Both the position numbers and the translations under genes were made by a program. Below, one piece after another: positions 9,416 through 18,755 of a stretch of DNA of 64,000 bases (positions are counted from its first letter, which is position 1; the number at the start of each line of letters is the position of its first letter). The stretch lies in the NCBI GenBank assembly GCA_963796585.1, contig CAWCMB010000007.1, positions 51,787 to 115,786 of the forward strand, read 5' to 3'. The notes beneath the pieces are model-generated. The model was not told the origin of the DNA. It made no database searches and was given only the letters and a program-made list of their open reading frames with translations. This DNA comes from an uncultured Acidobacteriaceae bacterium (GTDB lineage: Bacteria > Acidobacteriota > Terriglobia > Terriglobales > Acidobacteriaceae).

Positions 9416-9670
9416 TTAGCTGCTGCGCTTGCTCCCACAGCAGCGCATGGTCTCTACGTCCTGGCCGTTGATGGAAACGATCCCCTGGCGCTCTTTGGGG
9501 GCAGGGGATTCTTCGGCGTCGTCGTGGTGGAACGAAGAGGAGATACGCTTCGCAACCGTCGTGACTTTGCGACGCATTTTGCCTTCGAGCTCGTGGATCC
9601 CTGCTTTAGCGCGATTAAGGCCGCTTACAGGATCAGAGGCATTGCTGTTGTTCGAACGATCAACTCGCAT
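9416..9670 (-). CDS. hypothetical small protein (84 aa)
   Basis: AGGAGG lies 7 nt upstream of the ATG at 9670. The product is MRVDRSNNSNAS...GIVSINGQDVETMRCCGSKRSS. No family was recognised. Confidence 0.45.
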   Translation of the reverse strand: MRVDRSNNSNASDPVSGLNRAKAGIHELEGKMRRKVTTVAKRISSSFHHDDAEESPAPKERQGIVSINGQDVETMRCCGSKRSS

Positions 9671-9743
9671 GCTGACCCTCCTGCTGTATCTATGAAGATG
9701 CAAGTTTAATTCTATTGGATACTGCTGGCGAGCAAAATCCTGA

Positions 9744-10661
9744 TTACTCCCGAATTCGTGGGTTGAAAAGGGAATACGTCAGGTCGGTGAGGAAGTTCAC
9801 CAACACATAGGTCAGCCCGATTACCAGGATGCAGCCCTGCACCAGATAGTAGTCGCGATTCGAGATGGCCTGAATGGTGAGACGGCCGATTCCCGGCCAT
9901 GAAAAAACGGTCTCAGTGACGATGGCGCCTGCCAGCATCGCTCCAAATTGCAGCCCAACTACGGTGAGAACCGGGATCATCGCGTTCCTCAGAGCATGAC
10001 GATAGACGACTGCCCGCTCCGCCAGACCCTTGGCGCGCGCAGTGCGAATGTAGTCCTGCGAGAGCTCCTCAAGCATCGAAGTGCGGACCATGCGCGTGAG
10101 GATCGCGGCCAGCGCTCCTCCCATGGTGATGGCCGGCAAAATGAGGTGCGCCGGAGAACCAGCCCCCGATACCGGCAGCCATCCCAGGTCGATGGCGAAT
10201 AGCAAAATCAGGATCGGTCCCAGCGCAAAATTCGGAAACGACAACCCAAGCAGCGAAACGAAACTGAGCAGGCGATCGTCCCAGCGATTGCGACGAAGCG
10301 CCGAATGAACTCCCGCCGGAATTGCCAGGCAGAGCGCCACCGCCAGCGCGGCCAGGGTGAGCTGCAGTGTATACGGATAGGCCTGTCCGATGATGTGCCC
10401 GACACTCTGATTGAATCGCAGTGAGCGTCCCATGTCGCCATGCAGCAGCCCTTCCCAGTACTTCACGTACTGCTGGCTCAGCGGCACATCCAGCCCATAC
10501 GCGTGCCGGGCAGCAGCGATGTCGGTCGCTGCCGCGCCTTCCCCCAGCATTTGCTGAATGGGATCGCCAGGTACCAGGTGAATCAGCAGGAAGACAACCG
10601 AAACCACCAGCCATATGACCGGCAGCATCAGGAGCAGGCGTGATAGGAGGTAGCGTGGCAT
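9744..10661 (-). CDS. ABC transporter permease, DppB/OppB (peptide/nickel) type
   Basis: The N-terminus MPRYLLSRLLLMLPVIWLVVSVVFLLIHLVPGDP, six TM segments and the EAA-like loop ...YIRTARAKGL.. are all present. Confidence 0.85.
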   Translation of the reverse strand: MPRYLLSRLLLMLPVIWLVVSVVFLLIHLVPGDPIQQMLGEGAAATDIAAARHAYGLDVPLSQQYVKYWEGLLHGDMGRSLRFNQSVGHIIGQAYPYTLQLTLAALAVALCLAIPAGVHSALRRNRWDDRLLSFVSLLGLSFPNFALGPILILLFAIDLGWLPVSGAGSPAHLILPAITMGGALAAILTRMVRTSMLEELSQDYIRTARAKGLAERAVVYRHALRNAMIPVLTVVGLQFGAMLAGAIVTETVFSWPGIGRLTIQAISNRDYYLVQGCILVIGLTYVLVNFLTDLTYSLFNPRIRE

Positions 10662-12043
10662 CAGCTTGTGGCGGGAGTTTTCTCCTGTGGCTCGGCTTGC
10701 GACAGAGGCTGCTCCGACTCGATCCGTACGCGGTCGACTCGTAGACCCTCCATTCCTGTCACTGTGTATCGCCGCCCTTCATATTGAAAGCCGTCGCCGA
10801 TTTTGGGAATACGTTGCAGTTGCGCCAGCACAAAGCCAGCCAGGGTCTCGAAGCCCCCGTCGCGTGGCAGTAAAATCTGGTAATCCAGTTCCAGGTCGCG
10901 GGTGTTAAGAGAAGCGTCCAGTTCCATCGGGCTGGATCCAAGTAGCGCCACCGGCTCACGGCCTTCAAATTCGTCTTCGATGGGACCAAACAGTTGCGCC
11001 AGCACGTCTTCGACGGTGATCACGCCTGCGGTCGATCCGAATTCATCCACAACCACTGCCAGGTGACGTTTGCGTTCCTTGAATTCTGCGAGCAGGTCGG
11101 GAAGCGTTTTGGCTTCGGGAACCACCAGCACCTCGCGCATGATGTGCCGGATTCGAAGGTTGGTCTCGCGGGCGATGATGCGGCCAGTGGAGGTGCGTGA
11201 CAGGCGATACCGCATCCAGCGCATCAGGTCCCGCGCGTAGAGTACGCCGATAATGTGCTCGGGACCGCGCTGCGGATCGTAGACCGGCACTCGCGAGTGC
11301 TGCCCATCGACAATGCGCTCAAGCGCCTCATAGAGGGTCATGTCCCCGGGCAATGAAAATATGTCGCGGCGCGGAACCATGACCTCGCGCACCAATATGT
11401 TTTCAAGATCCAGGGCGCGAAGGATCATCTCCTCCTGCGGGGCTTCCAGCAGCCCCAGGTTGCGGCTGGCGCTGACGATGAGCTTCAGTTCCTCAGGGGA
11501 GTGTACTCCGGCCTCGCGCACGGGACGCATACCGAACGCCTTCAGCACCCCGTGCGACGATGCGGTCATGATCGCGAGTAGCGGCGCTGTGACCCGCATG
11601 AAAAAGTCCATCGGCCCGGCAACCGCCAGCGCCACCCGCTCGGTCCGTTGCAATGCGATGGATTTCGGCACCACTTCGCCCAGGATCACGTGCATGTAAG
11701 TGATGAGCGTGAAGGCGAACACCACGGCGAGCGCATGGGAGTAGACCTGTGCGTGTGGCAGATTGATGAAGAACGGTTCCAGGATGCGGGCCATGGCAGC
11801 TTCGCCGATCCAGCCTAAAGCCAGGCTGGAGAGCGTCACCCCGAACTGCACCGCGCCGATAAAGTGATCAAGCTGCTGGTGCAGCCTTTGAACCGTGCGT
11901 GCGCCCACCCGGTGCGCCGTCACCAATTGCTGAATCTGGGTTTCGCGCAGGCTGACCATGGCGAACTCGGCGGAAACAAAGAACGCGTTCGCTGCGACGA
12001 TCAGCACGACCGCCACCAGGCGCAGCACGACGAAGGTAACCAT
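10661..12043 (-). CDS. CNNM/hemolysin-family protein (DUF21 TM domain + CBS pair + CorC/HlyC C-terminal domain)
   Basis: The architecture is readable in the translation. The stop TGA shares one base with the ATG of the permease gene. Confidence 0.85.
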   Translation of the reverse strand: MVTFVVLRLVAVVLIVAANAFFVSAEFAMVSLRETQIQQLVTAHRVGARTVQRLHQQLDHFIGAVQFGVTLSSLALGWIGEAAMARILEPFFINLPHAQVYSHALAVVFAFTLITYMHVILGEVVPKSIALQRTERVALAVAGPMDFFMRVTAPLLAIMTASSHGVLKAFGMRPVREAGVHSPEELKLIVSASRNLGLLEAPQEEMILRALDLENILVREVMVPRRDIFSLPGDMTLYEALERIVDGQHSRVPVYDPQRGPEHIIGVLYARDLMRWMRYRLSRTSTGRIIARETNLRIRHIMREVLVVPEAKTLPDLLAEFKERKRHLAVVVDEFGSTAGVITVEDVLAQLFGPIEDEFEGREPVALLGSSPMELDASLNTRDLELDYQILLPRDGGFETLAGFVLAQLQRIPKIGDGFQYEGRRYTVTGMEGLRVDRVRIESEQPLSQAEPQEKTPATS

Positions 12044-12102
12044 GAAGCCAAAATCTTAACATTGGCTGAGTGCGGTCGGCAGATTCCGGGAAGGGGCCCG
12101 AG

Positions 12103-13671
12103 CTAGAGCACCTTTTTCCAATCGAGCTGGATCTTGGGGTGGTCGGTCGATCCCTGTATGTTGACCGGCAGGTAGGTCCCGGCGCCGTTTTTCTTGAATA
12201 GGGGGTCGAAGGGCACTGTTACCCAGTGTTTGATGCCGGTCTGAGTTTGCGACACCGTTGCTTGCAGCCGGACATCGCCGGTGAAGTCCAGCTCCTGTTG
12301 CGCAATCGAGTAGCCGCCTTTCATCTGAACCTGTACGCCTGGTACTGCAAAATTCAACGTGCTGAAATTCATACGCGCATTCGCCAGCTTGAATACGCCC
12401 GAGAAGTCCGCCGGCACATTCTGAATGTCCATCGCATCGGGCTTGCCTTGTCCGCGGCGGCTAAGCGAATCGAGCTTGCCTTGCACCTCTGGATTGGGAA
12501 AGTGTCCGTCCTTTACCTCGAAGCGCCCCGCGAGAGACATCTTCTTAAGTACCTTCTCATTGCCCGGGGGGATCACCAATTTCGCTTTCGTCATGATGCC
12601 TCCGGTGAGCAACGCCCCCTTGTCGGTGGCCAGCGCCAGCATGTCTTCAACGCGAGAATCGTGTATGTCGATGTCGAGCCGAATGGTTTTTCCTTTTTGC
12701 CCTTTTTTGCCGGCAACTTCGCCCTGTGCGATCACGTGCGAATTCAGGAACTGTGCGTTCACCGGCTGGAGGTATGTGTCGCCCTTGGTGCCATCGACAA
12801 TGGCATGAAATTGCGTCGTGAGGTGAACCGCGCGCGCGCCGGTATCAAGCTTGAAATCGGGCGTATCAGTAGTACCGTCGACCACGATGTTGTTCAGTTG
12901 CCCGGTGTAGTCGCCGCTCGAGGAAAGAATCCCGGCAATGCCGTTGAAGATTGACAGGTCAGCGTGTTCGAAGGTGTAATGCCCGCGGACCGGTGTTGCC
13001 GAAGGGTCGTCCATGTTCCAGGGGCCAAACTTGCCTTTGCTATGGATGTCTCCCGGAGGCTTGGGATTGGTCAGTTCCGCCTGAAACTTCATGGGCTGGC
13101 CAATGCCCGCGCTCTTGAGCGCGAGCTTGCGGATGTCAAACTCCATTGGATCGCGATCGGGGTTCTTCGACAAAATGTACAACACTGTTCCGTCGGCGTA
13201 CACGCGATCGATTACGAAGTTCGCCAGGTGGCGTGGCTTCTTCGGTTTTGCTTTGTTCTCGCTGGCCGATTCGCTTTTCGGCGCGACGTTGATAACCAGC
13301 CCATCCAGTTTGAGGGAGGTGACGTGAATCGGACTGCGAAGCAGCCCCAGAGGATTGGCGTAGGCAACAAAATGCTTGATGGCAATGAAGGGCGGCTGGT
13401 TCTCGGCGTCGCGATTCGGCAGTACGAAATTGTCCGCGCTCACTCGGAATACCGGTATCAGCGTCACATGCAGGTTCTGTATTTGAACCTGGCGGTGAAA
13501 GTGTTCGCTGAGCGCCTGTTCGACATGCGCCTGGAGTTTGCGCTCCAACGGCGCCGGCACCGTCAGAAGCCAGAACACACCAATCGCCACAACGGCGATC
13601 AGTACCAACCCGGCAATGACAAAAGCCAGAAACTTGCGACGAACGGGCATGAGCAGCTCTGTAGGATGCAA
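12103..13671 (-). CDS. AsmA-like membrane-anchored protein
   Basis: An N-terminal TM anchor is followed by ...VQIQNLHVTLIPVFRVSADNFVLPN.... The rest is long and beta-rich. The start may instead be the Met at 13650. Confidence 0.5.
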   Translation of the reverse strand: MHPTELLMPVRRKFLAFVIAGLVLIAVVAIGVFWLLTVPAPLERKLQAHVEQALSEHFHRQVQIQNLHVTLIPVFRVSADNFVLPNRDAENQPPFIAIKHFVAYANPLGLLRSPIHVTSLKLDGLVINVAPKSESASENKAKPKKPRHLANFVIDRVYADGTVLYILSKNPDRDPMEFDIRKLALKSAGIGQPMKFQAELTNPKPPGDIHSKGKFGPWNMDDPSATPVRGHYTFEHADLSIFNGIAGILSSSGDYTGQLNNIVVDGTTDTPDFKLDTGARAVHLTTQFHAIVDGTKGDTYLQPVNAQFLNSHVIAQGEVAGKKGQKGKTIRLDIDIHDSRVEDMLALATDKGALLTGGIMTKAKLVIPPGNEKVLKKMSLAGRFEVKDGHFPNPEVQGKLDSLSRRGQGKPDAMDIQNVPADFSGVFKLANARMNFSTLNFAVPGVQVQMKGGYSIAQQELDFTGDVRLQATVSQTQTGIKHWVTVPFDPLFKKNGAGTYLPVNIQGSTDHPKIQLDWKKVL

Positions 13672-13787
13672 TCCCCGGCTGGCGAGACCAGTCGCAGATA
13701 GGTAATCGAGCGTAACGCCCAGTGCTATTGATCACCAAGGTGCAGCCCGAATCGCCGTCGCCGGGCCCATTGCATTGACCGCCAACG

Positions 13788-15344
13788 TCAGAGATTCCAT
13801 CCGTTGTCGCGCTTCAGCGGACGCCAACGATTGCGATCTTCCTTGATCATGGCATCAGCATCCGTCGGACCATCGCTTCCCGCCACGTAGTTAGGGAAGC
13901 CGGGAGGCGGCAGCTGCGCCCAGGCTTCTTCGATAGGGGTGATGATCTGCCACTCAGCCTCGACTTCGTCACGCCGCGTGAATAGCGTCGCATCACCTCG
14001 CATTGCGTCGAGCAGCAGCGTCTCGTAAGCCGCCGGAGTGTCGGAGCCAAAGGCGTCGCGGTAGGAGAAATCCATGTTCACGCGCGTGGCCCGCATCTGG
14101 CTTCCCGGAACCTTTGCCTCAAAATTGATGGCAATGCCTTCGTTCGGCTGAATTCGCATGGTGACCACGTTGTGATGTACGTCCCCCGGACGGTTGGCAA
14201 ACAGCGCTTGCGGCGTGCGCTTAAAATGCACCGCAATCTCCGTGAGATGGTTCGACAGCCGCTTGCCGGCACGAACATAGAAGGGAACTCCCGCCCAGCG
14301 CCAGTTGTCGACGTGGAACTCCACGGCAGCGTAGGTCTCGGTATTCGAGTTGGGACTGACGCCCTTCTCCTGCCGATACCCCGGAACCGCTTTGCCATCG
14401 ATGGTGCCGGGCCCATACTGGCCGCGAAGCGTGCGCTGCGCAACCTCTTCCACCGTCATCGGACGAATCGCGCGCAACACCTGCACTTTCTGCTCGCGCA
14501 CCGAATGCGCATCGAACGCCACCGGCGGTTCCATCGCCGTGAGCGTTAGAAGCTGAAGCATGTGGTTTGCGACCATGTCGCGCAAGGCTCCAGTTTCCTC
14601 ATAAAATGCAGCGCGGCTCTCCACCCCCAGTTTTTCAGCGGCGGTGATTTCAACGTAGTCGATGTAGTTGCGGTTCCAGATGGGCTCGAACATCAGGTTG
14701 CCAAAGCGGAAAACCATGATGTTCTGCACGGTTTCCTTGCCGAGGTAGTGATCGATGCGATAGACCGCCTCCTCGTCAAAGACTTGCGAAACGATTTGGT
14801 TCAGCTCTTTTGCGCTCTGTAGATCGTGTCCGAATGGCTTTTCCAGAATGATGCGCGTCCAGCCCTCATCATTGCGAGCCAGCCCAGCTTGGCCAAGGCC
14901 TTCGACAATCGGCGGAGCCAGCGATGCCGATGTCGAAACATAGAACAGAACGTTCTTGCTGGCCCCAGCTTTCTGCAGCTCTTCGATCTTCTTCTTCAGT
15001 GCGGGATAGAACTCCGGCTTATCGGCGTCGCCAATGAAGTAATGCAGGCGTGAGGCGAAATCCTTCCATGCATCTTCGCTGAAGCCGCGCGAGTCTGAAG
15101 AGTCCGCTGCGCCGTCGTGCATGCGCTGGCGGAATTGCTCGTCCGTCAACGGAGTGCGGCCGATCCCCAGCACCTCGAAGTTGCGGTGGGTGCAGCCAAT
15201 GCACGACAGATCATAGAGTGCCGGCATCAGTTTGCGGCGCGAGAGATCTCCGGTCGCGCCAAACAGAATCAGCAAAGCGGAGCCCGCCTGTGGCAGCCGC
15301 TGCGGCTCAACTTTCTCGACCGTAGGCTGGACGAGTGTACTCAC
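13788..15344 (-). CDS. zwf: glucose-6-phosphate dehydrogenase
   Basis: GATGDLSRRKL (NADP site), ILEKPFGHDL and YRIDHYLGKE signatures. Confidence 0.95.
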   Translation of the reverse strand: MSTLVQPTVEKVEPQRLPQAGSALLILFGATGDLSRRKLMPALYDLSCIGCTHRNFEVLGIGRTPLTDEQFRQRMHDGAADSSDSRGFSEDAWKDFASRLHYFIGDADKPEFYPALKKKIEELQKAGASKNVLFYVSTSASLAPPIVEGLGQAGLARNDEGWTRIILEKPFGHDLQSAKELNQIVSQVFDEEAVYRIDHYLGKETVQNIMVFRFGNLMFEPIWNRNYIDYVEITAAEKLGVESRAAFYEETGALRDMVANHMLQLLTLTAMEPPVAFDAHSVREQKVQVLRAIRPMTVEEVAQRTLRGQYGPGTIDGKAVPGYRQEKGVSPNSNTETYAAVEFHVDNWRWAGVPFYVRAGKRLSNHLTEIAVHFKRTPQALFANRPGDVHHNVVTMRIQPNEGIAINFEAKVPGSQMRATRVNMDFSYRDAFGSDTPAAYETLLLDAMRGDATLFTRRDEVEAEWQIITPIEEAWAQLPPPGFPNYVAGSDGPTDADAMIKEDRNRWRPLKRDNGWNL

Positions 15345-15395
15345 GTATCACGCTCCGGGGGTGGAGTGGGGGCCCAAAAAAGATTAGATGGATTG

Positions 15396-16553
15396 TCAGG
15401 CGGCTCGGCGCAATTCCTCTGTACGGCCCTTGATGACTTCGATCAGGCCGTTGAACGACTCGGCAAATGACTCGACCCCGTCCTCGGTCAGCTTCTGCGT
15501 GACCGCCTTCATGTCGATCCCCACGTCTTTCAAATCGGCAAAGATCCGATGTGCGTCTTCGACTCCGCTCTGTAGCGTAGACTTCACCACCCCATGATCA
15601 CGAAAATCCTCGAGCGTGTTCATGGGAACCGTATTGACCGTGTCGGCGCCAATCAGTTCCTCAACGTACAACGTGTCGCGATACTTGGGATTCTTCGTGC
15701 TCGTCGAAGCCCACAAAGGCCGCTGAACTTTGGCGCCCTTCTGTGTGAGTCTGTTCCCGCGGTCGCCGGAGAAGATCTTCTGGAACGACTCGTAGGCCAG
15801 CTTGGCATTGGCGATGGCGGCTTTCCCCATCAGGCTTTCGATCTTCTGCTGGCGTGCCGAATCGTTGCCGGTAGCGGCCAGCTTTTCCAGTTGCTTGTCG
15901 ACGGCGGTATCGATTCGGCTGACAAAGAAGCTGGCGACCGAAGCGATACGATCAAGCGGTTGACCTGCCGCGACGCGACGCTCCAGGCCACGGATATAGG
16001 CCTCTGCAACTTGCTCGTACACTTCGACCGCGAAGATCAGAGTGACGTTAATGTTCAGCCCCGCCGCGATCAGTTCCTCGATGGCAGGTAGCCCCGCCGG
16101 CGTTGCCGGAACCTTAATCATGACGTTTGGCCGGTTCAGCCGCGACCACAAGTCTTTGGCTTCTCTGACCGTTGCCTGCGTGTCGTTAGCCAGAAGCGGC
16201 GATACTTCCAGGCTGACGAATCCATGGCTGCCATTTTCCGAGTCGTACAGCGGGCGAAAAATATCGGCCGCGGCAGCGATGTCCTTCACCACCACAGCTT
16301 CGTAAATATCCGACACCGTGCCCCCTGCGTGGGCAAGCTGCTTCATCTCCTCGACGTAATCGTCGCCCTTGCCGATGGCTTTCTGGAAGATCGTCGGGTT
16401 CGAGGTCATACCTCGCAGCCCGTCCTCATCGATCAGTCGCTTCAGCTCACCTGTCGTAAGCAACGACCGGCTGATCTGATCCAACCACAGGCTCTGTCCG
16501 TACTTCTGAAGCTGCATTAAAGAGTTATCACTACTACGGCTCACTGCGTACAC
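15396..16553 (-). CDS. tal: transaldolase (long form)
   Basis: ...GQSLWLDQISR..., ...TSNPTIF... and ...NVMIKVPAT.... The start may be the ATG at 16517. Confidence 0.9.
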   Translation of the reverse strand: MYAVSRSSDNSLMQLQKYGQSLWLDQISRSLLTTGELKRLIDEDGLRGMTSNPTIFQKAIGKGDDYVEEMKQLAHAGGTVSDIYEAVVVKDIAAAADIFRPLYDSENGSHGFVSLEVSPLLANDTQATVREAKDLWSRLNRPNVMIKVPATPAGLPAIEELIAAGLNINVTLIFAVEVYEQVAEAYIRGLERRVAAGQPLDRIASVASFFVSRIDTAVDKQLEKLAATGNDSARQQKIESLMGKAAIANAKLAYESFQKIFSGDRGNRLTQKGAKVQRPLWASTSTKNPKYRDTLYVEELIGADTVNTVPMNTLEDFRDHGVVKSTLQSGVEDAHRIFADLKDVGIDMKAVTQKLTEDGVESFAESFNGLIEVIKGRTEELRRAA

Positions 16554-16664
16554 CCCTCTTGACTCGCACCGCGCCTGAAGCCTCCCTTTTGGATGGCATG
16601 GATATTTCCCCCGATGAATCCGGGGCCTCCCACGGATAGCACAGCTAACTAAAAGCGCAACTGC

Positions 16665-18755
16665 CTAGGCTTTCACTCTGGCCATGACCTCTTTCGCTTT
16701 CGCGATCACGTTGTCCACGGTGAAGCCGAATTCTTTTAGCAATTCCTTAATAGGAGCAGATGCGCCAAAGTCGGAGCGGGCTACAACAATCCCGTCGTTA
16801 CCGACATATTCTTTCCAGCCAAGGCTTGTACCCGCTTCCACCGCTACCCGGGCGCGAACTTCCGGCGGCAGCACCTGGATTTTGTATTCCGGCGATTGTT
16901 TTTCGAACAGCTCCCAGCAGGGCATTGAGACCACCCGCACCTTCACGCCTTCAGCCGTGAGCTTCTCATAAGCCCCCACGCAAAGCTGCACCTCAGAGCC
17001 GGTACCCATCAGGATCAACTCCGGCTTGCCTCCCTCGGCGTCGGCCATGATGTAAGCGCCCTTCGCCACTCCCGCTGCCGAAGCGTACTTGGTGCGATCG
17101 AAGGTCGGCACCGCTTGCCGGGTATACGCCATCAGCACCGGTTGATGCATGATGGGCATGATGGTCCGCCAGGTTTCGGCAACTTCGTTGGCATCTGCCG
17201 GACGGAACACCAGCAGCCGCGGTATCGCACGCAACGACATCAGCTGCTCGATCGGCTGGTGCGTCGGTCCGTCTTCACCCAGGCCGATGGAGTCGTGGGT
17301 GTAGATGAAGATGCACGGAATATCCATCAGCGCAGCCAACCGAATCGGCGGCCGCATGTAGTCGGAGAAGATGAGGAACGTGGAGCCGTAGGCGCGCAGG
17401 CCCGTGAGCGTCATGCCGTTCAGGATCGACCCCATGGTGTGTTCGCGGATGCCGAAGTGGAAGTTGCGGCCACCGTAGCTGTTGGGCTCAAAATCGGCTT
17501 CACCGTCGATGAGCGTAAAGGTGGAGGGATGAAGATCGGCGGAGCCGCCCAACATCCATGGGACATTTTTAGCCACCGCGTTGAGCACGGTAGAGTCGGA
17601 CTTCCTGGTCGCAATACCCTTGGCATCGGCAGGGAAGGTCGGAATGTCCTTGTCCCAACCCTCGGGAAGCGTGCCGTTCTGGATGTGCTGCCACGTTTTG
17701 TCGAGATCGGGATGCTGCTTCGCCCACGCGCTGTAACGTGCATTCCAATCCTTTTCCAGCTCGGCGCCACGTTCGACGGCTTTGCCCATGTACTGCTTCG
17801 CCTCGTCGGGAACCAGGAACTGCGCATCGGGCGGCCAACCATAGACCAGCTTGGTCAGGCGAACTTCCTCCACCCCCAATGCCTCACCATGAGCTTCCCG
17901 GGTGTCTTGCCGGTTCGGGGAACCCCATCCGATATGGGTGTCGGTAATGACGATCGTCGGCCGCGCCGGCTCGCGCTGCGAAGCCTTAATGGCGACATCG
18001 ACCAGGTCGAGGTTATTGACGTCGCTGATGTGCTCTACATTCCAGTTCCAGCCGCGAAAGCGCGTCGCCACGTCATCGGTGAATGCCAGCGAGGTACTGC
18101 CTTCGATGGTGATGTGGTTGTTGTCGTAGAACCAGATCAGGTTATTCAGGCCGAGATGGCCGGCGACGGAAGCTGCCTCGTTGCTGACACCTTCCATTAA
18201 ATCGCCATCGCCGCAGAAGGTGTAGATGCGGTAATCGAACAGCTCTTGGTCGAAGCGCGATGCCAACCACTTCTGCGCAATCGCCATGCCGACGGAATTA
18301 CCGCAGCCCTGTCCCAGCGGGCCCGTCGTGGTCTCTACTCCGGCTGTGAGCCCGTATTCCGGATGCCCCGGCGTCTTCGATCCCCACTGCCGGAATTGCT
18401 TGAGATCGTCGAGCGCAAGATCAAAGCCGGTCAGATACAGCATGGAGTAGAGCAGCATCGACGCATGGCCGTTGGACAATACAAAGCGATCGCGGCCCGG
18501 CCAGTGCGGATTACGTGGATTGAATCGCAAGTGCCGGTCCCACAGCACAAAGGCTAGCGGCGCCAACGCCATGGGCGTACCCGGATGCCCGCTGTTGGCC
18601 TTCTGCACCGCATCCATCGCCAGGGTACGGATGGTGTTGATGCAAAGCTGCTCCAGCTTCTGCTGCTCCGTTTCCCTGGGTCCGCGGCCCGGCGCAGATG
18701 GAACTTCTGTTTTTGTCTGTTTGTCCTGCGCTTCCATTTTTGCTTGGCTACTCAC
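16665..18755 (-). CDS. tkt: transketolase
   Basis: ...SGHPGTPMA..., the ThDP motif CGDGDLMEGVSNEA and ...THDSIGLGEDGPTHQP.... Confidence 0.95.
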   Translation of the reverse strand: MSSQAKMEAQDKQTKTEVPSAPGRGPRETEQQKLEQLCINTIRTLAMDAVQKANSGHPGTPMALAPLAFVLWDRHLRFNPRNPHWPGRDRFVLSNGHASMLLYSMLYLTGFDLALDDLKQFRQWGSKTPGHPEYGLTAGVETTTGPLGQGCGNSVGMAIAQKWLASRFDQELFDYRIYTFCGDGDLMEGVSNEAASVAGHLGLNNLIWFYDNNHITIEGSTSLAFTDDVATRFRGWNWNVEHISDVNNLDLVDVAIKASQREPARPTIVITDTHIGWGSPNRQDTREAHGEALGVEEVRLTKLVYGWPPDAQFLVPDEAKQYMGKAVERGAELEKDWNARYSAWAKQHPDLDKTWQHIQNGTLPEGWDKDIPTFPADAKGIATRKSDSTVLNAVAKNVPWMLGGSADLHPSTFTLIDGEADFEPNSYGGRNFHFGIREHTMGSILNGMTLTGLRAYGSTFLIFSDYMRPPIRLAALMDIPCIFIYTHDSIGLGEDGPTHQPIEQLMSLRAIPRLLVFRPADANEVAETWRTIMPIMHQPVLMAYTRQAVPTFDRTKYASAAGVAKGAYIMADAEGGKPELILMGTGSEVQLCVGAYEKLTAEGVKVRVVSMPCWELFEKQSPEYKIQVLPPEVRARVAVEAGTSLGWKEYVGNDGIVVARSDFGASAPIKELLKEFGFTVDNVIAKAKEVMARVKA

